A stretch of DNA of 64,000 nt, taken from positions 1 through 64,000 of IMG/VR virus record IMGVR_UViG_3300030376_006003. The stretch is one strand, 5' to 3'. The notes beneath the pieces are model-generated. The model searched no databases. It was not told where the DNA came from and saw only the letters and a program-made list of their open reading frames with translations. Positions 17,201 to 28,500 of the stretch are shown here, piece after piece. Within the stretch, counting starts at the first letter, position 1. Every line of letters starts with the position of its first letter. The position numbers were made by a program, and so were the translations under genes. The stretch is from a virus. Lineage: Duplodnaviria > Caudoviricetes.

Positions 17201-19594
17201 ACTTGATTTGTTTTTAATTAGAGTTCTGACATAATCTTTTATTGCTATATCAAATACACCTTTCTTAACAACTCCTTTATCTGCTGATCGTATACCTACA
17301 AGATCATTTAAACTGTCTATTAATATGTCTCTATAATCTTTTTCTGTCTTGTTTAATCCATTTGATTTAGTTAAATGTGTTAAACCTCTAAAGCTTTCAA
17401 CAAATTTACTCCAATTTAATATTTTAGATATAAACTCTTCCTTACCAAAGTTGTCAGGGTTTGTTGCATATTCTTTAAATTCTTTTACTTGTTTTGTTAC
17501 TTCCCTTATTACATCAACATATACTTTACGTATTTTTTCTGGTTCTTCATACATAACTTCAACAATTTGTCTAGTCATCTGAACCTCTTGGATTATTTCT
17601 TTTCTGCTTTTATCCATAGAGATGATATTTCTTGCTTCTTTAATACCTTTTTCTCTACTAATTAAAACTTTTCTAAATTCTTTTAATGCTGAGAATACTG
17701 AATCATATGTAGCATTATCTAATTCTTCAGGTTGTGTCTCTTCCGTAAGATCTTCTACAGGGTTGTTTCCTTCTACATTTCTCTCTCTACCTAATATTTC
17801 ATCTATTATATCTTTATTTGTATGATCAATGTTATCAGCTACTATTTCTTCAACAGCTTCTATATTTTGTGAATCATAGTGAGTTATTGTTCTGCTATAT
17901 TGACCATCTTTACCTATTACTATGGTATGTGAGTTATCAGTTACATCATAACCAAGGTTCTCTAATATCTTTCTTTGTGTATTTATGAATGTAGATTGAT
18001 CAACATCCTTTATGTCAGCAAGTCTTTTGAGGTCAAGCACTGTTATGGATCCGTCTGGTCTTATCCTTAATGCTGTAGCTTTGGTTGCTACTCCACTTGC
18101 TGAGTCAGCAAGAATAACTCCAGGTAATATCACACTACCATCTTCTCTCATCCCTTCTAGTCTGATTGCTATACCTTTAACATCAGTAGGATCAGCTCCC
18201 ATATCATCTTTTAAAATTCCTTCAATAATATGTGCAGAACTTCTATCATTTGCAGATTGATTATATATTTCATTTTCAAGACTTACATATACATCATCTG
18301 AATTATCAAGATCAACAAACTCTCCTGATGATTTATCTATTATTACTCTACTAGTACCAAACGTATCAAACGTTGCCTCTACATCTTCTATTTGATGTAA
18401 AAGTCTATCAACAATATCTACTTGAGCTTCAGTTACTGCTTCCTCTAATGCTATGTCTAAAGTATTTTGAGTTTCTTCACTTAGTGCGTATTGAACTCTT
18501 CTGTCTCCTGTTTCATATAGATCTAATCTGAATTCAAACTCTGTAGTATTTAGCATCTTAGCTATATCAGAAAGAGTCATATCAGAATTAATAAATCCTA
18601 CGTTTAACCTCATGGTTCCACCCATATAGTTTTTATATGTATTTTTTACTATATCACTAAACCATTTTAAAAAATCTTTTATTGCTTGATACCATGGTCT
18701 ACTAGGGTTGGTTTCATATTCTTTATTGAAATGTCTAGATAAAGCTTGAGTAACAATTTCTAAATCTCTATCTTTTTTATAAAATCCCTTTTTATCAGAG
18801 TAAGATGCTTCTATTTGTTGTGATAACTCAGGAAAATTCTTTTTAGACTCATTCAATAAATTAGAAAACAGATTACTATTATTTGAATAGAAGGCATTAA
18901 CAAACGGGTGAAGAACTTCTTCTACCGCTGTATCCTTTGTTACTCTACCTTTTATTAATACAGCATTACCTTTATAGTAAAAACTTTTAACGTCTTTAAA
19001 GTTAACTTTTTTCTTTGAGCTTTTAGGTAGTTCTTTATAAGCTTTTTCAGCTTCACCTGGAGTCATATATCTGACTCTAACTTGAGGGAACATGGATGAT
19101 AAATGATTTACTACATCACCTATTCTTGTTGCATTTGTGTCAAATCTTTCTGCAAGTAAATCTTTCTTTGTAAATAAATTTTCATTTACTATTACTTCAT
19201 AAGTATTTCTTGTTCTCTTTAATGATACTACATTTCCTAAATCTTGATTTCTTAAATAATTCTTAAGTTTAGAAATATTTTGGTTTAAGTATAAACTAGA
19301 TCCTTCTGTTTTTCCTGGTATAGTTACATTAACATACCATCTATTATTAAACTTACTTATGATTTTTTTATTAGCCAGATTCCTTAATAGTGAGCTTGAT
19401 AAAGAATTTCTTCTTATAGATAGCATTATATTATCAGCTTTCATCATATCATCTATGGCTTCTGCACTAGGTATTTCTTCAACACCTGTCATACCTTGCC
19501 AGTCGTTAATTAATAAATCTACTGTTATAGGATCTCCATGAGCTTCCAACAGTTTTTTATATTCTTTAGTATTTCTATTAAAACATCTTGCCAT
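14210..19594 (-). CDS. Large virion cargo/ejection protein, partner of the vRNAP (about 1794 aa)
   Basis: Probable start MARC at 19594 (TAATG overlap with the RNAP stop). Largely helical; degenerate zincin-like TAVEEVLHPF. Its position right after the RNAP matches crAss-like gene order. Confidence 0.75.
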   Translation of the reverse strand: MARCFNRNTKEYKKLLEAHGDPITVDLLINDWQGMTGVEEIPSAEAIDDMMKADNIMLSIRRNSLSSSLLRNLANKKIISKFNNRWYVNVTIPGKTEGSSLYLNQNISKLKNYLRNQDLGNVVSLKRTRNTYEVIVNENLFTKKDLLAERFDTNATRIGDVVNHLSSMFPQVRVRYMTPGEAEKAYKELPKSSKKKVNFKDVKSFYYKGNAVLIKGRVTKDTAVEEVLHPFVNAFYSNNSNLFSNLLNESKKNFPELSQQIEASYSDKKGFYKKDRDLEIVTQALSRHFNKEYETNPSRPWYQAIKDFLKWFSDIVKNTYKNYMGGTMRLNVGFINSDMTLSDIAKMLNTTEFEFRLDLYETGDRRVQYALSEETQNTLDIALEEAVTEAQVDIVDRLLHQIEDVEATFDTFGTSRVIIDKSSGEFVDLDNSDDVYVSLENEIYNQSANDRSSAHIIEGILKDDMGADPTDVKGIAIRLEGMREDGSVILPGVILADSASGVATKATALRIRPDGSITVLDLKRLADIKDVDQSTFINTQRKILENLGYDVTDNSHTIVIGKDGQYSRTITHYDSQNIEAVEEIVADNIDHTNKDIIDEILGRERNVEGNNPVEDLTEETQPEELDNATYDSVFSALKEFRKVLISREKGIKEARNIISMDKSRKEIIQEVQMTRQIVEVMYEEPEKIRKVYVDVIREVTKQVKEFKEYATNPDNFGKEEFISKILNWSKFVESFRGLTHLTKSNGLNKTEKDYRDILIDSLNDLVGIRSADKGVVKKGVFDIAIKDYVRTLIKNKSSRNFTPSEIEEVLTTARDINAVEYQTGDMATSRDTILALMDKIYKRDKQRVLDKIEQRAPRIRSAGLKLSRLSGGKKVDYSFMLDFDESGEFTGRYLTKIGRQYKDKLHELRSKLYDDNGFKKFITIENEEDATPEQLEYNKQLARDKAAYGDFMKAEVRWEEGVEDAEYHKYTDEFKEARAKHEVYIYNKFSGIGRWVRANSVSKEKYRSYLNRYYDILPEYERAVKDSDGQPTGVTERVDGMPVIKKEYIEIREVTSKGNSMINPKWAKLQNPTNELQKAQLEYYNMFIDVYEKDLLEKLPENIHMIGKVPVIRAAQIDKLKNKKNIVSRMWTGMKTWGSNLIHPTTRVKKVFTDENGHIINDSLPIFFTGSMKDEADFVALNNELETLEQKYKNAETQAAKDKYKQPIKILRGKLRALENAPTSTTISMDMTDSLLKFSAMAENYETMAQAEDTHLAMIKVLEDRTYTNSRGDIKVVDDQNNIKDAADPTGTEARLVQRAKKWMKMVYYNNDNEIKTFWDKLTKGLISYTSLAYVGTNVFGNINNYAFGRISNTLETIGQRFYTRKGMAKAVMGYNQFISSDLMMNLGKVAQQNIGKDRKLKEKIPYSKYGAMVAFFRMMDSKADMRESGDVSDMWNKYTSWAYALQDAGEFNVQSKTGMAIIHSTEAVNPKTGATMSLYDALSFDRVSGELKIKDGFTEIKMYNSEKTMPWNDDARYEIRNYIRETNKVTHGNYAYEDRMVMQSNSLGQLAAQFHKWVAPAIKARFRQEYFDENLGWMEGRYLTFWNFLGYAFKNIGKMQMDASDYKAFHGEKGEMKVQNLHRVAGEIAIIMGTYLAKQMLLSLWGMNPDDDDDSDYINPMYGETKEEVSNIEKRLRNILIYQMDRLHDESVLWVPIPGAGGLQQVGHFIQNPIASSRTLGEMGEAIEMTARTGVAWGFQSKEDFYDNKDVVYSRGIRAGELKLSKEWGDAAPFLGTVNKWKNFVQMNDFYIK

Positions 19595-22500
19595 TATATA
19601 TAACATTTTTTAAGCAGCTTCATAACATCATCAGCTGTCGTGTTCTTTCCTTTACTTAACAAAGATACAACATCCTTAGCAGAAATTATAGCTAAGTCTT
19701 CATTCATTGCTAATTTTGCTTGTTGATCCCCTGATAATTCATTATCATACCAATCTGTCAATATCTCTTCATCAGAAAGTTCTAGGTTGTCTTCTTTATT
19801 CTCTATATCTAAATTAAGATCAGCTTGTTCTGTTTCTACTTCATCTTGGTTACCTGCCTCTACTTCCTCACCAAAAAACTTTTCTAAATCTGATACTCCT
19901 TGTTCATCATCTGCTTTTATGTTTATATCATCACCAAAAGACTTTCTCTTATCGTTACCAAACTCAACTATCTCATTGCTTGTAGGTCTATTACCAAACA
20001 TAAAGCCTATAAGTGTTTGTGAAGATGATCCTTCTAAATCTATCTCAGTATACTTTGCTTCATTACCAAAAGCAATATTTGAATCACTTGGTATTATATT
20101 ATTTAGATCTCCGTCTTTTTTATATGCTCCATCTCTAGATACAGTTTCTAACATGTAGTATTTTTTACCAACTCTTAATACTGCTGGGAATTTTATTTGA
20201 GGTACTAATGATTTTGTATCATCTAGTTTTACTTGAATCCATTTAACTCCAAGTCCTGCTTTCTTTAACTTTTCTATCAAGAAGTCCCTCTTTTCTTTAT
20301 TCTTTAAGTTTTTAGATTTATCTGCTAATTTCTTCATAAATCTTACTCTCTTTATTCTTTTTGAATACTCAAAAGGCAGACCTCTAAATATGTCTATTGT
20401 TAAGGTTTTTTCTTCTTCATTAATGAATAAAGGAGATCTTTGATTTATTGTTTTGTTTTTTGTTAAAGACTTATTTATGTTTCTAATGTCTTGGAACTTT
20501 CTAGATGCAAACGGATCTTGTTTATCTGTTTCTGACTGAACTACATATCTTAAATTCTTTCTAGCATTTAATAGTCCTTTTTTAGTAGCTTTTGAAACTG
20601 CATCATTAGCAGGAAATCTAAATGTTTTAGCGTGTATAAGCACTTGAGGAAGGAGTGTACTAGATGCATTTTCTAAACTAAGATTTTGCAGTATAGACTC
20701 TTCAACTAATTTCTCTAAGAGGTAGTTTGGATCCATTGAACCTTTCTTTCTCTTCTGATTATTTGTTATCATCTTGCCTTCAGCATTTTTTAAACCTTGC
20801 GTAACATCACCTTCTTTATATTGTGCATCAATCTTTTTATTAAAAGTTCCTGCCTTAAGGGTTTGATAAGCATGCATTACAGATCCAAACTCATAGATTT
20901 CATTGTTAAATGTATATTTAAAAGGTCTGTAAGCTATGTTTGATAACATCTTAGAATTAGTTACTGACTCAGGAAGATTAAAATCTACAGTAATGCTTTC
21001 TGCACCTTCCCCTATATTTTCTATATCTTCTACGTCCTGAACTTCTATAACATCAACATTTCTAGGAGCCACTGACTTTAAAGCAAATGAGTTTCCTTTT
21101 GATTTTAAATACCCTTTTATAAAGTCATCAACCATTTCATCAAAACTTATATCAAATACGCCTTTAAAAGCTCCTTCTCTATCTGTTTGATCTAAGAATA
21201 AGTTGTGAACTTTATCAACGCTGTTTAATAAATCTTTAGTTAAAGCTGTTGGTATTACATTTATGAATGATCCAGATGCAAAAGACATTCCGCTCATAAC
21301 TGCTGCATAATGTACTATATGTTGAACATCATCCCACATTGTACCGTCTCCTTTATCTAAATTCAATAACTCTAAGATACTATTTTGCACTCTAACAAGT
21401 GTAGAATCAGAAGGTTGAGACCAACTGTTTGCTTCTAACTTTATCATCCCTGATTTATTATCTTCGTGTTCTGCTCTTATTATTCTTGTAAAATTATTGA
21501 TAAAGTAATTTGATTTATTTTCTTCTGCTAATCTATCTTTAACTCTATCAACCACTTTAGATATTGTTAGTGCTTCTGCATCCATGTTACTATATATGCT
21601 ACCATCATATATTAAACTATTTGATAATGATTCTAGAGAATTGTGTCCATATGGATTTTTAGATAAGTTAACCATATATGCTTTTAAAGTTAAATAATTA
21701 ACTAGATCTCTATTAATTTGTTTAATATCTGGTCTACCAAGATTTGCTATTACTTTGTTTTTAAGTTCTAAAAACTTAGGCGTTCTTTTTAAGAAAACTC
21801 TAGGTGTTAAGTTATCATAGAATTCTCTAAATACTTCATAATGAGCATTATGCATTGTACCTTTCTTTAAGAATATACCACGTAAATCTACAGGAATAAT
21901 ACTATCCTTAAACTCTTTTTCAGTAGCAAGAAGACCCAGTTGTTCTGCAGCTTCTTGTTTGCTATCAAGCTCTATTAAGTCTTTACCTAAACCTTTTTGT
22001 AAATTAAGAAGTGTACTTGCATGTGATGTAGCTTCAGTTATTTTATTAAATCTTAAGAATTGCTCTATTACCTGATTTTCTAATGAAAGTTGATCAACCT
22101 CTAGTGTCTCTATTCCTGCTACTGTATACGCTTCTTCTCTATTTAGCTGTATAGTTTCTATTCCTGTTATTAAGTTCTGAATATTAAGTTCAACTTCTGT
22201 TATTGATTTTTCTTTATTTAATCTTTCTTGTATAGCTTTTTGTCTTCTCTCAAGTAAAGTTTTATAACCAGGATCAAACATACCCTCTTTATTTTCACCG
22301 TGGAATAATGCTTCTTTAATTGTTGGGAAGTTTAATAATAATACAGCTGTCTTTAAGTCAACACCCATACCTAACATTGTTACAACATTGGCAAGAGCTT
22401 GTTTATTAAGACCTAGTTTAGATGCTAATCTAAGTTTAGCATTATCAGTCATTGCTGTAATAAGAGCAGATATTATAAACTGTTTTCTGTGTAATTCTGG

Positions 22501-25500
22501 ATCAGACTTCTTTGTTGAATGATTTATTTCATAATCATGTTCAAAAGTATTATAAGTAATACCGTTCATTTCAGGATGTACTTTACCTCTTAATTCAATC
22601 TTGTATTCAGTTAATATACTTGATACAACATTTGGAAGGACTACATTACCAATAGATCTTGCTCCCGCTTTATTATTTGTCCAAGCTTCAATCTGACCAA
22701 GCATGCTATCTACATCTGTAGAGTTTTCACCTAATGTTTTTAATACTTCTCCCAATTCATCCATTAACCATTCATATACCCCTCCTTCTAATCCTTGCTC
22801 TTTACCTTTAGGATCTGATAATGGTGTAGTAACTGCTGGTTCAAAATATAATCCAACATGTCTACCTTTACGTGGATCTGTTATACCTGCATTACCTAAT
22901 AATGCGTATTTTATATCTAATAGGTTATTATCAATTGCTGATTGATATGGTTCTCTTTTATTAGTATTTTTAAATTCTAGATATTCTTCATAAGTAACAG
23001 GTAAGCCTAATGATTCTAAAGCTTCTGGTAAACCTTCCGCTCTATTATATAAAGTTTCTAACATAGAGTCATTTAAAGAAGGACCATACATGATTGCATC
23101 TAATACCTCTTTCATAATCTTATATGAGCCTGCGCTTAATTGTTTACGGTAAGCCTTTTGCTCTTCAGCACTCATAGCGGCATAATCCTGAGCAGTATAT
23201 TCTACAGGAGTTACGGTTCTGGACCCTGTTGTCCATCTATCAAGAGCCTGTCTGATAGCAGATGATTTGCTTGCGTTCTCTACAACCCATCTTACATAAT
23301 GCTTATATGCTTCTTTATTGTCTTTAGTTTTCCCGTACTCAACAAAATCTTTTCCATCATAGAAAAAATCTTTTATGTGCATATACAGTTTATCAATATC
23401 AAAATCAGCTCCAGATAACTCTATAAGTTCTCTAGCATACATTGCTGATGATCCGTAGTAAACAGGTAGGTAATCTACTAATTTAAGATTTACTGCAGAG
23501 TGCTTATCTTGTGAAGGAATTCTAATACCAAACATTTTAGCAATAGCGTCAGGAAGAGGTTGATTCCATGCTACTGAATTTTGTAACATAGATCTAAAGT
23601 GAGGAGGCATCATAAACTCAGTATATCTCTGACCTGTAGCCTTTCCGTCTTTATACTCCATTACATTACTTCTTAATCTATCCATGAAAAAGTCTCCTAC
23701 TTTCAAAGTATGATCCTCTAAGTTTTCATATAACATCCCACCATTATCTGTCTTAAGTGCTTGATATTTAGAAGGTCTTCTTCTTTTTAGATTTTCCCAA
23801 TCGTCACTTCTTATAACTTTCCACTCTGTTGGTGTTCCTGTTTCATCAACCTGCACAACTTGTTTAATAACACCCATGTGTGCATCAGATACTAAAGCTG
23901 CAGATATACCTGGTTGCTTGGCTGCTAATATTCCTTTTGAGAAATAAGCAAGAAAAAGTTCTTCAAACTTCTCATGAGTCATGTTATTATTTAGGTTATA
24001 TTGAGGATTACCTAATTCATCTACTTGAAAGTAAGATAACATTTGAGTTTTAGCCTGAGATGATTCTAGACCTGCAATTGCATATTTAACAAAAGCTCTT
24101 AAATCTCCGTCTAGTTTTTTAACTTTATTATTAGGTACAAATCTGTTTATATCCATTACTCTATCTAGAGTTGATATTGCATCAGACCAATTAAAAGTTA
24201 AGTTTCTTTGAGCAAAGAAGTTGTTTAATAGTTTATCTCCTGCCAATTTGTGGTATTGTCTTACAAGATCTCCTACAGGAACCTCTTCACCGTTGAATAT
24301 TACAGTAGCTTTTGGATCTTGTTCTCCTGTTATAAGATTTTTAATCTGTCTTGCATCAACAATTACTGTCTTATTAGAAGGATTAATCATTTGTAACCTC
24401 ATATAATCTGCAGACAAGTCCATTGTGTGCTTAGTGTTAATAGGTTTCTCATTAATCATATCAAGATTATCAGGCATAATATTTTTGTTCATCATTTTTG
24501 ATGCTGACTTAGGAACTGACATTCCTAGTACACCTTCACCATTTGCCCAAGCGTCTTCCTCCATTTTTTCTAACTTCACCCTCATATTATGAAGCCCCTC
24601 TCTACCTTCTCTTGCTATCCATTCTCCATTTTCATTTTTTACAGATGTTAAATTTTTAGTTAGGGTTATACCTGACATTTTAAGGAAGGTTAGACCATCA
24701 CCATAAACAATCTTTAGTGAATTTGCAATCATGTCTAAGTTCTTGTAGCTTAGCTTATTATTAGTTCCAAAAAATTCTCTGTTTATTTTTATAATGTCAC
24801 CTTCTTTAATTAAATCTAATACTTCTGACTGAGATTTATTTAACTTACCAAAACCAAATAGCATATATCTTAACGCCTTTTCTGTCAAATATATCTGACC
24901 ATCTGTTAAGTCTGCTAATTCTTTCTTTCTAGCTTTATCTCTATTATATATTTCATTAAATTGTTGGGTATACTCAAAATCTTCATGAACTACTGCTTTC
25001 ATCTTATCAACCTTGTGCATAACTCCTTTGGATTCATCAAAGATCTCTGTAGCTGCAGATTGTCCTGCACCATTTTGCATCTTAGCTCTTTTAACTGCGT
25101 CAATAAAGTTCTTTAATGATAAGGCTTGATCACCAAGCAGTAACTGATTAAATGATTTAGTATTTATATAGTTGTTTAGATATATCTGAGCTAAGTTAAA
25201 ATCTAAATTGTCAGGTTTTAGATTATATAATTCCATAAAGTATTCAGAATCTGAACTGTCATATGCAGTATCTTTACCTCCTTTTACCTTTTTATATTCT
25301 CCTAGTCCGGAAGATATTTCTTTAGAGACTTTGTTATAAGCTTTTATCTCTTTTAAGGTTAGGATAAACTCATTTACCTCATCTGTTAGTCTTTGTTCAA
25401 TTATCTTTCTACCTTCTACTTCATTAAAGACTGTATCAAATAAATCTTTTTCTTCCACTCCCTCTCTACCAATTTTAGCAGCTTTCTCTAATATCTCTAC

Positions 25501-28500
25501 AACAGTCAAATCAACATCAACTTGTTCTACTGTTATCTCCCCTGTTTCTTCTGACTCAACAAGTTTGTTCTCAACGTCTTCTGCTTCTTCTACTCTAACA
25601 AAGTCAAATACAACCATATCTTTATAGCCTCTAAAGAAACGCATTGTATCATAACTATAAGTGTTATATACTGTTCCATCTATCTCTAAAGGATATTGCT
25701 TCTTATCTTCGTGTTTAATTGTTGTTATTGATGGATAATAATCTTCTCTTAGTTGAACTTTTTCTTCATCTGTTAAATCATTCCAATTCTTAACCCCTCT
25801 ATTTGTCATTAAGAAAAATTCCCCATCTATTTCCACAGTGGCGTTTTCTCCTTGAGATAGGTTTGAATATATAGCATCTGTTGAATTTGATATGTATACT
25901 TTTTGTTTTCCCTCTGTTATTGCAGCTCTCTGGTCCTTTCCTATCTTTGGTAATCTAGCTTGTATATTACGTTTTCTTGACTCTAATTTTGAAAGAAGTG
26001 TGTATGTTGTATTTAGTTTACCTAGTCTTTCTTTATTATCATATGGGTTTTCAACACCTTCTTTTTCCTGTGTATAGTATCTTCTAGCTCTATCAAATTC
26101 TATACGTATCTCATTAGTGAACATGTCTAAAGCTTTAGATGACAGCTCCATGCCTTCTTTGCTTTTGTTCATCATCTTGTGTATAGGTAATGAAACAAAA
26201 TCTCCTGTATTAGCAGCTTCTATTACCCTTATGTTTAGAGGAGCAAATGCAAACTCTAACTTAGTACCAGGATTACCTACTTCTGTATTTTTAGGAGAAA
26301 CCCTGTTATAATTATATACGTATGAATGTATTAAGTCTAGTGCAAATTCTCTTGGTGTTGATTTACCAAAACTAACTCCTTTACCTTTTATACTTCTTCC
26401 TCTTTGGGTTGTCAGTCCTTGATCCCCTAACATCAACGCTTCTTCTTTACTACCAACAATACGTAAAGCCCTAACTTGTCCTGCCTCAACCATTGACTTA
26501 AATTTAGGATCTCTAAGTAACATGTTCCTTTCAAAGAATACATCTTCTTTCATTTTCTCAGATATATACTCAGCATTATCCATCTCAGCAATTTTTTCTA
26601 AATGGAATGTTGGATCTTGATGAGCGTATCTTCTGTTACCTTCAGCGTCAATAAATGTTGATGCACCAACTGTTTCATCAAATCTAGAGTTATTCAATGC
26701 AAGTTTTTTTAATCTACCTTTTACACCACCTTTTTCATATTTAACTTCTGAACCCTCTTCTGCTTCAAATACTGTTTGATTATCTAAATATAAGTTTTCA
26801 CCAGAAGCTAAAGATTGTCTTATGTAAGAAATTGCTTCTACTTCTATAGGCTCTACACCTCTATAACTATTATATAATGCTTCCTGTTCTTCAGTAAGGT
26901 TTGCTAAATTTTCATATACACTGTATAATATGTAATTCTCATGGATATTCATACCTGCAACAGTTCTTAAAACTTCAGTAATATCTCTCACCTCTTTAAG
27001 TAAATCATAATTCTCAGGAATAGTTGTATACTGTAATATACTCTTTAGTTCTGTTAGTGTATCTTTAACCTCTTCACTTTCTGGAGACCCTTGTATTTTT
27101 AATCTAGAATATCTTCTATTAAAGTCTTCAGCCCATTGTTGAACCGTAACGTGAGCATCATCTTTTTTATTTGCAGCATATAAATGTGTTATTCCTGTAT
27201 CAGTATCTGTATGTGCAAATATATTATCAACTCTGTATTTTCTAAATCCTTTTATAAATGATAAATAAAGTGATGAATTACCCACTTGACTAGGAATACT
27301 GCTTCCTGGTTTAAACATTTCTCCACTAGTTGCAAACTCATATATACCTATATCTCTAAATAATTTGTCAACAACTGCTTTAGTATGTTTATTATGCTTA
27401 CTAAACATCCAAGCTTTCTTAAACATCTCTAGATCATTTGGTGTATTTGCAAGAACTTTAAGTAAACCATTATATACATTATTAGGATCAACAGAGACTA
27501 TTATAGGTTCTCCTGTTTCTAAATTTACATATTTATTATTATATCTATCTTTTTCTTCAATAGTGGTTGTTGCTATAAGATGTCTTATACGTTTAGGTAA
27601 AGAAGAATAACCACCAAACATGTCTGCTGTTTTATCATAGTCACCTACAGATTTCTCATCTTGCTCTGCATAATCTGCATCTTCAGAGATAGGAACAGTT
27701 GAAAATTCTATAAGGTTTCTATTAACTAGATCTTTTATATCATTAACCTGCTCTAAAAGAGATTCATAAAGTAATGTTAATTCATCCACATTATCATCAA
27801 ACCACAAACCTTGGTCAATATAGAAATCTCTTTCTGGATTATACATTTCAATCCAATCAGCAATTGTGTCTTCCAGTAAAAGGTTTCTGTCTATAGGACC
27901 TTTTGCGTCATCTGCTCTTCTGCTATATAAATTTGCAATTCCAGAAACTATCTCATGTGTTTGATCAGATGGTATATAGTTTTTAACTTGTTTTACTTTT
28001 GATGCCCCACCTACAGATGTTCTTTGTATAAACTTAGGGTCATACAATTCTAATTTATATGCTACATCTCCTTCAAAGTTTCTTGTAAATCTATTTTCTT
28101 TGATAGAAGCGTTCTTATATTTTCCTGAATCTATACCTTCAAATAGTCTATTAAGTTTTCTAGTTGAGAAGTTTCTTAGTACCTCTAGTATAAAGTCTAT
28201 TAATCTTGTAAACATTGATTTATTCTCAGAATCAGTCTTGCTATTTCTAGGATTCATTTTGAATTTCTCAAACTCATCTGCTAAATGCTCTTCATACAAT
28301 CTGTCTTTAAGTTCTTTATCAGACATCTCTGCATACATCAGATGCTGTCTTCTCATTTCTTTTATTGCTTGATCTAAAGTTTTTCCTTCAGCTCTTAATT
28401 TTGATCTTACTTCTTTTTCAGCTAACTTGAGATATTTTTTAATTTCTGCATCTGTAAGAAACATTCTGAATACTGCATGAAAAGCTTCGTGATATTTAAA

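Noticed and set aside
19594-19614. -1 frameshift at CTT-AAA-AAA-TGT fusing the RNAP to its partner
   Set aside because: The -1 frame is open from the A6 run, but A6 is common in this AT-rich DNA, the heptamer is non-canonical, no stimulatory structure is evident, and TAATG coupling explains the overlap.
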